Of a stretch of DNA of 39,193 nt, positions 20,501-31,800 are shown piece after piece (position 1 is the stretch's first letter; each line of letters opens with the position of its first letter). A program made the translations under genes and the position numbers. Under the pieces are notes generated by a model. It searched no databases, was not told where the DNA came from, and worked only from the letters and a program-made list of their open reading frames with translations. Source of the DNA: Proteromonas lacertae (taxonomy: Eukaryota); NCBI GenBank assembly GCA_002245135.1, contig NGBS01001183.1:62001-101193 (forward strand). The letters run 5' to 3'.

Positions 20501-23500
20501 AAAAATGCGTTATTTTGTGAGTTACATAATCTATACAGCAATTCACATGATATTTATTTCAATTTGATTAATAGTATTGTCAGTAATGAAAGCAACAATA
20601 ATTCAATCAATATATTAGATAATAATAATAATAATAATGGAAGATTCAATGAATTAGAAACGGAAATGATATTAAACCGTTATGAGAATTGCTGTAAAAA
20701 GTTACGAAGATGGGATATCTTACTAGATACTGCAAAATATCAAAACAATTTATCATTAGCATTAGAATGTGAGTTTAAATTAGAAAAATGGAATGAATTT
20801 ATGAAAGATTTTCAACAATTAGAGGATATATCAAATGGCTATCAAAGTGTATTTGAGATGTATGATATTAAAATAATACTCTATTTTATGTGTGCTTCTA
20901 CATTTGAAAAACCAAAGAATTTACCAAGTAATTTGGTATATAAATGTGTAGAATTCTTCTCCAAGAAATGGATTTCATTTTCACCTGTGTTAAACCAATC
21001 TCATCAATATATATTATCACAATTTCAATTAATTAGTGAATTATTTGAAACACATCAATTCTTGACAGCTTATAATATATTATTAAGTCAATCAAATATG
21101 AATAACATGAATCAGACACCAACTCAGCCATTAATAAATGATGAACAAGATAGGAGAAATAAACAAGCACAACAACTCAAGCATTATATTCGTAATGTAT
21201 GGAAATCAAGATTACCTGATATATGGGATCCTATAGAGATTTGGGATGATTTATTAATATGGAGAAAGAGATTTATTGATTTATTGAATATAATTAATCA
21301 TCCTTATACTAATGAAATGAATTATGTTTCTACTGTTGATACTTCATGGACTGTAGTTAAGAGAATTACTGTAGCAAGGAAACATAACTTAGATATATTT
21401 GCACAGAGTTATATTGATACTTTATCATCTGTTAAACAGATGGATATGCATGATTTGTATAGTAAACTTAGGGATCAGTTATTAATATATTATAAATATC
21501 CATCTAAACTAGCTAATGGGTTGGAGATTATTGCTAATACACCCTTAGTGTATTTTATAAAAGAGCATAAAGCAGCTATGAGTAGATTAAAAGGTAATTT
21601 CTTAAACAAATGTCGTGAAAGAACACTCTTAAATCCATTGATTCAGCCTATACCACCTAACTTATATACTAAAGAATCAATTATTAAAGCATATAGTTCA
21701 AGTGTATCACATAATGCAGAATATTATAAAACATGGATTAATTGGGCAGAATTGTATGAGAAATGTTATTTAGAAAGTGGTGAAAATCATGATGCAAGTG
21801 AAGCAATAGTCTGTTATATTCATGCAATTATATGTAATAGTCCAAAAACACTATTGTATGTCTCAAGAATATTATATTTATTGACTAAAAATGGAGATGT
21901 TAACTTGAGAAGAAATGTAACTAAATATATTAATTATATACCTCAATGGATATGGATAAGACATATTAATCAATTATTATCAATGTTATCATACTGTAAT
22001 AGTGATATTATATTAGAAATATTACAAAATGTAGTAAAAACTACACCTCAATGTATTATTCCATCATTAAGAGTATATAATTGTATATACATGTCAAGAC
22101 AATATAATAATAATAATAATAATACTATGAATTCACCATTAAATCAATCATTATTATCTCCATCCTCATCTTCATCAAATAATAATAATAATGCTACCGG
22201 TAGTGGAATGGTAATGATTCCTGGATTGAATAATATTATGATTAATTCACCAAATCAACAATCTAATAGTAGTAGCAATAATAATCGTGGTCCACATCCG
22301 AAGATTGATATATTATTAAAGATAGTTAAAGATAATTATAACTTATTATTTACTGAAATTGGTTCGCTTTATGAAGAAATGAATAATACTTTGATTGAAG
22401 ATGATTTGATTAGAAATTTGAATGATTTAATGAGTAGAATTATTACATTGAATGTTGATTCACAAACACCAGTATATATATATTGTTTTTTTTATTTATA
22501 TCTTTTAAAATAGTTGAACAGAGAAACAATAGAACATTGTGAACAGATTTATCAAAGTTATTTGGATAACAATAATATTTACCCACAATATGTTGAATTG
22601 AAAGATATGTATTCTATGGAAATGAGACCAACAACTACTGTTTCTACAGGTAATAGATTAACAGCGCAATTAAATCCAAATATATCCTTTTTTCTTATGT
22701 TGTAATTATTGTAATTATCTAATATTAGATTCTTTAATATATGTTTTACTTCCCAAAGACTTATCCAGAATTATTAAGTAGATTGAATATTTGGATTCTT
22801 CGTTTGACTTCATTATTAATGACTCATAATAATAATATTCCATTAATCAGAAGATCAAATTATCTATCAAACTATAGAAATACTGCAATTGAAATGCCTA
22901 ATAGATATATGACAATAACAAAACCATTGAGTCGTATTATAATATATATATTTTTAATTAATCACTATATAGAATTTACTGAAACACCAACCAAGATATC
23001 TACATTCAATCCATTCTTACCACTTGTTATTCGTAATAATGTTCCACATCGATTAATTACAATTGTTGGTGATAATGGCACAACTTTGTCATTAATATTC
23101 CCTCGTCCAAATAATACAACAGTTGGATATTCAAGATTAGAAGAAAGAATTAGTGAAATGAATGTTATATTGAATGAATGTATGAAAAAGAATGTTGATG
23201 TGAAGAAAAGATTGATTAATTTCCATCCATTAATTGTTATTCCTGTTACTCAGAATAATCGTTTAGTAGAAGATAGAATATCTAATATTTCATTAGAAGA
23301 GATATATAATATTAATTGTTTCTGTAAGAATATTGATCCACTTACACCAATATCAATATTCATCAATAATAATAATTCTGATAGAAACTTGTTGTATGAA
23401 GAAGCTACAAAAGTTGTTGGAAATACCGTTTTGTCAAATTTTTTGTATATTTATATATATTATATAATTATTATTTTTAATTATATTAGCTTGGAGACAA

Positions 23501-24138
23501 GTCAAACATCTGAAAATTATTGGATATTGAAAAGAAATTTCAGTCAAAGTTTAGCAGTTCATTCATTCTTCACATATATATTCTACATCGATTCAAGAAC
23601 TCCAAGACAATTACTAATTAACAGAGAAAATGGAGAAGTAAGTAGTTCATTGAATTTCGTTCCTTCTTACAATGATAATTTCGAATTAAAATCCCATACA
23701 AAACAGAAATTTAGACTTACTCCAAATATTGTTAGTATGTTAGGCGGTGGTTATATAAATGGAAGTTTCTGTGGTTCAATATCAGCTATTGGTAGTTGTT
23801 TAAGCGAATTAATATTTCCATTTGAAGGATATTTACAACTGTTTGAAAGAGATGATATTATTATTAATAATTATATGAAAATATGTCAGAATAGACAAAG
23901 ACAATCAGTTCAACAGAAAATGATATTGGATGATGATGAGTTAAAGCAATTGGAGGTTGAATTGAATGATAAAGTGAAAGGAAATGTTAATAAGATTATT
24001 CACAGAATATCAAAATTGAATTGTACAAATACAAATCGTTCTGAATTTGTTAATGATTATATATATTCATTAGTTGAAAAGAATATATCTCCTGTTAGAA
24101 ATAGTAATATGCCTCTAAATTGGAGTAGTTGGTTATAA
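11592..24138 (+). CDS. TRRAP: Transformation/transcription domain-associated protein (PIKK pseudokinase TRRAP/Tra1)
   Basis: Motifs SFRVTQELP, LRHI..LLDE, AYSYLSEIVH, NLHD, GLKTIDLWID, GKLAGKSR, WKSRLP, RLEERI, FRLTPNI and terminal WSSWL. Inferred introns: 11682-11713, 11857-11884, 12645-12673, 22472-22513, 22682-22749 (AT-AC), 22934-22972, 23445-23489. Confidence 0.93.
15653..15673 (+). repeat. (CAA)7 poly-Gln tract in TRRAP
   Basis: Read directly from the sequence. Confidence 0.9.
16577..16603 (+). repeat. CAA/CAG poly-Gln(9) tract in TRRAP
   Basis: Read directly from the sequence. Confidence 0.9.
22682..22749 (+). other. U12-type (minor spliceosome) AT-AC intron in TRRAP
   Basis: 5' site ATATCCTTT; branch-like TTCTTTAAT at 22730-22738; 3' end TTTTAC. 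Phase-0 removal joins ...LNPN to FPKTYPELL... in frame. Confidence 0.88.
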
Positions 24139-24286
24139 ATTTCATTCTATTTCCTTTCATTAAAATTGTTTCTTTGCTTATTAAATCTATGTTTAATTCT
24201 TAAAAAATAACAAAAACATGTAATAATGATGAAATCATTAATTGTTTAACAAAAATCTATTACAAAATCATCATCTTTGTAAAATT

Positions 24287-25689
24287 TTAAACTAAAACAA
24301 CACCAATATCATTTGGACTTACTTCAGCAGTTCTCCAGTTATATAAATAATACTGTAATTGACCATCACCTTGACAGAATTTACAATCTTTAAACACATC
24401 AGCATTAGTAACAATATCTAAAGCATTAAATACATCAGCATTAGCAGCTTTAGCTAGAGTCAAACAATCATTCATTAATTCAACATAAGTTAATTTATAT
24501 CCATCTCTAATAATATTATAATACGAATAGGCTGCTATCAACTCATCATATTTCTCATTCTTTAATATTTTAGATGGCAAATAGAAAAATGAACACATAG
24601 CTTCAATCTTATGTGATTTTGGATCTTCAATTACATAAGTATCAATCACCTTATCAACCGGTGTAAAAAAATGCTTAAATTCTTCCAAAGTATATTGAAT
24701 ATGAATTGGATATTTCTCTTCAAAGGTATTGAACAATTCCAAACATTTCTCCATATCACTATCTTTTATCTTTCTTAATCCAGGAATCTTTGGTGCATCA
24801 GGTACTGCATATAACTTAGTCATTCTTTTCAATGTTAATCTTGGTCCTAAATGACTAAATCCGACTTTTACTAACTTCACTGGATTTAAAGATCTATGCC
24901 AATATCTTGCACTGGTAATTGGTCTAGGAAGTAATACACCTGCTGTATAAATAGCTTGCCAACCATTTAATCGATTAACTCTTCTAGTTACTTCTTTAAT
25001 TAATACTGGCGCTAATCTTTTATTTCTTAATGCTTTATGCACACATAAAAAGTTGATTTCTGCTGCCCACATGTGTTTTCCTTTTACATATAATTCTACT
25101 GGAATTCCTGTAATGAAACCGAATAGTTTCTTTGATTCTTTAGCTCTTACACCAATATGCCATTCCTTAATGTAATTAGGAGGACAAATTGCCCATCTTA
25201 TTAATGGCACTGGATAGTCGAATCTAAACATATTATCATCATCTTCAACATAGTTGTTGCATAGTAATTCATATACTTGATTTGCCTAATAATATGTATT
25301 ATAACAATAAATAAATACTTGTTCATCATTGAAAATATCTACATCAAACCATTCATAATTCTTTGGTAAAGTTAAAGGTTCTTCACGAATATCTTCTGGT
25401 TTCTTCAACTCATCAATTGGTCCATCTGGAAGATCAGCTGGAACTGGTTCTACACAATTATATATTGACTTAAAAAACATACCATGTGGTACAGGTTGTG
25501 TACCCCAAAATTTATGAGCTTCTGGTAATTGTTGAATTGTTTGAAGAGTCTACGTAATACTAGTATTATACTTCCATAATATGTCTCTCATCTACAGGAC
25601 ATTCTGGTGCTTGTGCTGCTGACTCATCAGGCTTAGTTGTTTCAGGCTTATCTATTTTCAAATTATTCAATTTTATCAATACCAGACAT
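24287..25689 (-). CDS. NMT: Glycylpeptide N-myristoyltransferase
   Basis: HKFWGTQPV, NYVEDDDNMFRFDY, EINFLCVHKALRNKRLAPVLIKEVTRR and GDGQLQYYLYNW. Four introns of 31, 22, 33 and 33 nt. Confidence 0.96.
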
Positions 25690-25796
25690 TTGTTTAAAGA
25701 GATATTTTTAAAAAATGAAATGATATAACTCAAGCCAAACAAACTAATAAATTGGGGTAATAATTTTGAAACCAGAAAATAATTTTTCTTTTTTAA
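25690..25796. promoter_or_regulatory. Putative bidirectional promoter between NMT and SmF
   Basis: Head-to-head ATGs separated by 107 nt; contains TCAAGCC at 25730-25736. Confidence 0.6.
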
Positions 25797-26108
25797 ATGT
25801 CACAACAGAAGGTATTTTAATTATTATAGTATATAGGTGTTATTACATCCAAAACCCTTTTTAACCAAATTAACTGGTAAATCATGTATAGTCAAATTGA
25901 AGTGGGGTATGGAATACAAGGGTATATGCATTATTTTACATATAATATAGGTTTCTTAGTTTCAGTTGATCGTTATATGAATCTTCAATTATCAGGTTCA
26001 GAAGAATACATAGATGGGACATTGACAGGCAAATTAGGAGATATTTTTATCAGATGTAATAATGTATTATACGTAAGAGCACTAACTGGGGATGAAACTG
26101 CTTCATAA
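25797..26108 (+). CDS. SNRPF: Small nuclear ribonucleoprotein F (SmF)
   Basis: Removing introns 25812-25836 and 25922-25950 gives [47 protein letters not shown]...[10 protein letters not shown]. Confidence 0.95.
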
Positions 26109-26211
26109 ATATAATCTACAAAAAATTGTCATATTATGTAAAATTTTGTTGTTTTGGATATTTTATAATAGTTAAACATCTTTTAAAAAGCAATATAAAA
26201 ACATTATTTTA

Positions 26212-26798
26212 TTAAAAATTGTATGCTACACCACTAATCTGTTTATAAGTAGGAATAGGAATTGCTCCTATCCAATCTGAACTGCTTGTCGGTATTAATC
26301 CCATCCTTGTTAAATTCCACATTCCAAGAAAGAAGCCAAATGAACTGAATAAAACATACAAGAATTTATAACCCAGTATTCCATTTGCATCTTTAACAAC
26401 TTCAAAAGCTATTCACAAACACATATTATAATAAAATATAATATACCCTTTTGAACATTCATAACTTGAGTAATTGAATTATATATTGTCATAAATGTCA
26501 TCATTAGAGGAAATATATTCATACTTGATCCAACCATATACATCATAAAAGCATTCATGAAAGCACTACCTGCAGGAGCAAATGCTATGCCACTAGCAAT
26601 CTACAGGAATATAAACCCAATAAAATACTCTTTGGTATCTGAGCTTCTTTGTGGAATTATTAACTTTGTCATGTTCTGTCTAATTCACTAAAACGATAAA
26701 AATACAAATGGTGTTGGATTAGCAACATATCCTGGTGGTTTTGCAACGCTATCTGATTTGATTTTATTGCTAGATAAATCAAATGTCCATTCAGTCAT
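26212..26798 (-). CDS. EMC4: ER membrane protein complex subunit 4 (absent from the ORF track)
   Basis: Removing three short introns gives MTEWTFD..PPGY..IAFAP..MNAFMMYMVGSSMNIFPLMM..MGLIPTSSSDW, the EMC4/TMEM85 signature. Confidence 0.9.
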
Positions 26799-26915
26799 TT
26801 AGAAAAAAAGAATTTAAAATAGAATTCTCAAACTATTAGGCTTGAATGATTTTTTTATTTTTCTTCAAAAACTCAACAATAGAATCAACTAGTCATTTTC
26901 TTAACATTACACTAT

Positions 26916-28453
26916 TTAAAGTGCATCTGGGTATTTCATAGTACTTTCTTCAAAACCAATTGTTGGGAATTTTTGACAGAATGTATAAACCTCTTTCTTT
27001 AATGATTGAATTTGTGGATCTTTTGGTATTACAGCAGCTTTGAAATCAGCTAATTTCTTACCTTTAGCATTCTTGTTGATATTAATAGCAATACCAACAG
27101 CTCTATCAACATACTCAGCAACCTTAGCGAAATCTTCTTTGCCTAAACCTCTAGTGGTCATAGCAGGTGTACCTAAACGTAAACCACCAGGAATCATAGC
27201 ACTTTTATCTCCAGGAATTGTATTCTTATTTGCAGAGATATTACACAACTCTAATACTCTTTCAACTCTAGCTCCATCAATACCTTTACTGGATTTCACA
27301 TCTACTAATATCAAATGATTATCAGTACCACCACTTACTAAGTTATAACCTAAAGTTTTGAATTTATTAGCCATTGATTGACAATTATCATATACAGCTT
27401 GTTGATAAGCATGATATTCAGGTGATTTACATTGTTTTAAGGCAGTAGCTAATGCACTAATTGTATGATTATGTGGTCCGCCTTGACAGCCAGGGAATAC
27501 AGCTGAATTAATTTCTTTCTCTAATTCATACATGATTGTTTTACCTTTCTTGTCTTGTCCTCTTATTCCTTTTCTATAGAATATCATTGCACCTCTTGGA
27601 CCTCTTAATGACTTATGTGTTGTAGTAGTAACAATATCACAGTATTCAAATGGTGATGGTACAACTCCTGCTGCTACTAATCCACTAATATGAGCCATAT
27701 CAGCCATTAAATAGGCATTGTGTTTATCAGCAATATTGGCTTTCATTCTTCCATAATCGATATTTCTGGGGTAAGCACTTGCACCAGCAATTAATAATTT
27801 TGGACGGTATAAATCAGCTATTAATTCCATTTCGTCATAATCAATATAACCAGTTTTTTGATTTAATCTATAACCAACACATTCAAAGTATTTGGAAGTA
27901 GCACTGATCTTCTTTGCAGGTGTTTGATAACCATGGGATAAATGTCCTCCATGGGGTAAATCCATAGATAAAATACGATCATGTGGTTGTAAGATTGCAG
28001 TATATACAGCAAAATTACATGGTGAACCTGATAATGGTTGGACATTAACACCCCATTTTGCTGGATCTAAGTTGAAAGCTTCTAATGCACGCTTTTGACA
28101 TAATAATTCAGCTTGATCGATATATTCATTTCCTCCATAGTATCTTTTACCTGGATAACCTTCAGAATATTTATTAGATAAACAGCTTCCTAAACAATCA
28201 AAAACAGATCTTGATGTGAAGTTCTCTGATGCAATTAAAGCAATGTTATTCCTCTGACGAGATTTTTCATGCTCAATTATATCAAATATTTCTGGATCGT
28301 TTTCTTTTAACGGCTTGTTCATCATTTCAATCCACTAAACAAAAATAATCTAAAGAACAAGTATACTTTCTTGGCTTCAGTGGTAATTGATGCAGAACAT
28401 TTTGACATTACATTTCTTGCAATGTGTGTTGATTTGCAGCAGAGAGAAAGCAT
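26916..28453 (-). CDS. SHMT: Serine hydroxymethyltransferase with N-terminal organellar presequence
   Basis: [37 protein letters not shown] and GGPHNH. A 32-nt intron (28335-28366) adds upstream exon [29 protein letters not shown]. Confidence 0.96.
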
Positions 28454-28781
28454 GTGTTGGAATAAGATAAAATAAGATTTTTAAGGCTTGAAATTTGGCT
28501 TGTATTATCAAATTTCTAAAATACAAATAAACACTATTAGCTTAAAGAGTCATTAAATTGATATTAATTATTGTAATAGAATATATTTTTGCAAAATATG
28601 TGTATTTCTAATCAAATTACAATTATAGGTAATTTGCTTTCCACACCATTATATTATGTATAATTCGCAGAATAGATATTTAAAAAACGTAAATAACCCA
28701 TTTGTAGTGTGAATTATGCATTATAAAAATTGTACCGTTTCTATATTCATGTTCAGTTACTTCAGTATAGTGATCTTATTC

Positions 28782-28789
28782 AACAAACA
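28782..28789 (-). terminator. TGTTTGTT putative 3'-end processing motif downstream of the ABCA gene
   Basis: Exact TGTTTGTT on the minus strand about 105 nt after the ABCA stop; matches the known Blastocystis polyadenylation motif. Confidence 0.55.
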
Positions 28790-28893
28790 AATTAACAAAA
28801 TTTTGTTTTTTCTCTCACTTAAACCAACAATAAACGCATTTTATCATTTTATATTGTATAAAAAATATATAATAATTGCAATATGGATTAAAT

Positions 28894-31800
28894 TTTAAGT
28901 TTCATCTGGATCTTTCTTTCCTTCATCAGCGAAGAATAAAAATACATCATCTAATGCGGTTTCAGATATAGAATATTCATCTATTGATAATTTTTCTTTG
29001 TTATTTTCCAATTCTTCAAAGATCTTTGAAAATTGAACATTTCCTTCATTTATCTATTTATTATTATTATTAAATCATGATACATGATATATTCGAATTA
29101 TTGAACTACTTTGGGAAGTTAACATACTCTTGGGATATAATTCTTGAATCATCTTTTCTACTTCTTTTTGATTTTCTTCAAGATTATTCACATTCTCTAT
29201 TTAATAATAATAATAATAATAATAATATACTATTTAATCTCACTGTTAAGAAATATCCATTACCATAATCACTCTTCAAATCAGCACTTGTTCCTAAACA
29301 TCTCATATTTCCATGAGTTAAGATTCCTATTCTATTACACAAGGTTTCAGCTTCTTCCATTGAATGAGTTGTTAATACTATCACTTTACCATTCTCTCTG
29401 ATATCTTCAATAAAATTCCATAAACTTCTTCTTGTGATTGGATCCATTCCTGTACTTGGCTCATCTAAAAATACTACTTTGGGATTTCCTATCAATGATA
29501 ATAATACACTCATTCTTCTTTTATTTCCACCACTTAAACTACCGATTAAACTATCTTTCTTCTCAGTCAGATTTACACTATCTAAATAATTTGATATTAA
29601 TCTTTTACATTCATTCTTTTCTATACTGTATAATAAACAATATCCATAAAGATATTCATATGGAGTTATATTATTGTATAAAGCATCAAATTGAGGACAA
29701 ACTCCTAAACTAGTTCTTGCTTTTTCTAATTCATCACTTATACTGTAATTATTAATATATCCTTCTCCTTCAGAAGCTGTTTCTACTCCTGTTAAGATTT
29801 TTATCAATGTTGTTTTACCTGCTCCATTTTCACCTAATAAACCAAATAATTCTCCTTTTCCTATTCCTAATGATAATTTATTCACTGCTTGGAAGTATTT
29901 TCCATCACTCTTTTTGAATATTTTGGATAGTTCTTTTATGTGAATCAAATCATAATCATTCTTATTTGTTCCTTTTTCTTTTATTCTTTCTACTTCTTTT
30001 TCAACATTTATATCACCTTTTTCTTCATTTCCTTTTTCTAAATCAACTTTCTTACTTTTATAATATTTAGAAGATTTCTGTTTTTCTGCTCTCGATTTCC
30101 AACTTGGAAGAAATATTTCCACTAAATATATTATCAAACTGAACAATATTATTTCAACTATGAATATTATATAAACATAGATTAAATCTTTATCTGGATC
30201 AAATATATCTTTGAATGAATATGGAACACCTATCTTCGCTGCTGATTCTAATAAGGCTATTCATATATTATTATTATTATTATTATATAAATTATACAGA
30301 ATGCTCGAAATACTCCATAAGGAGGTAATATTGCACATAAATTCATTGCTAAGGCAGATGGATTACTACTAAAAGCAGTAAATAACCATGGTAACATTGT
30401 CATCATATTAAGAAGTTCATTTGTTGATTCTTGAGCAACCTATCAAAATCAATATAACAACATTATATACAGTAAGATTGTTCATCGGTAATGCAATTAA
30501 ATAACCAAATATTACTGATAATGGAGAATATAATATAAGAATAAGAATAAAAGCAAAGAAATTATTCTCTAATACTCCTTTGAATTGAAAACAAGCCATT
30601 AGAACAATGGATATAATAAATGGAACAAAACAACATACAGTATGAACTACAGCATGAGATAACCAATATATCTTTCGATCCAATGAAGATATTAAGAATT
30701 GATTCTTTATATTCGTTGTTTTCTCAAATACAATATTCTCACAGAAACTTGCACTCATTGAGGCAAATACTGAAGCAACCAGAATCATTGCACCTCCATT
30801 TGCAAATGATATACTATTAGCTGAACTTTCCGTTGGCTATTTCATTAAAATTATAAACAAATATACATCTTTCATTCTCATATGTTCAACATGTATTTCT
30901 TTTCCATTTGATACTTTTCGATAATAACTGTTGTATAATAAGTATGTCACAGATCTACTGTTGTAGTTTATATTTCCATTTAAAACTACATTTACATCAT
31001 TATTATCTTTTGATTCAATGCAAAATGGAATTATTTCTATACAATATTAGGTTTAAATATATATATATATACTATTCTCATAATTGGAATTACTTATTAT
31101 TGTTTCATTTTTTATGTTTATCATTTCTTCATTACTTACTTCTTTAAATTCATAATTATTTGGAAATTCACTTGATATTGTGTTTATTATTTCTTGGATT
31201 TTATCTGTTTTGATATATGGAACTAACAAATTACTAGAATATTGATGAGGATATTTACTTACTTCAAATTCATATTTATTCAAATCCTATTGTAATATAT
31301 TCATTTATTTATACTCTCAAAACAGTTATATCAATTATACACAAAGCAAGTGTAAATACAATTGGATATACTAACATAAATGCTGTTGCAAATTGACTTC
31401 GTATTTGATATTTATACAAAAGATAACACATTCCTTTAAATTGATTCCACGAAGAAAAATGAACTTTATATTCAGGTAGTTTTATTCTACTTCGAGATAC
31501 TGAAGCTTGTTTCGTTATTTTTTCGATTGGAATTACTTCATCAGTTGTTGGAGTTATTTTTCGACTTCCTTTACCATCAGATGGAGATTTACTATCAGTA
31601 TTTTTAGCATCATTTACTTCATTATGTAATTTAGCTAATTCAACAAATACATCTTCTAAACTTGGCATTGTCATTGAGATTGAACCATAATGTAATTCTT
31701 CTTTTTTATCTTCCAATTTCTTAAACAAACATGATAATTTTGAACTGTCTTCTAATGGCAAAATATATCTCAATTCACTTCCATTATCATTCACTTTCTT

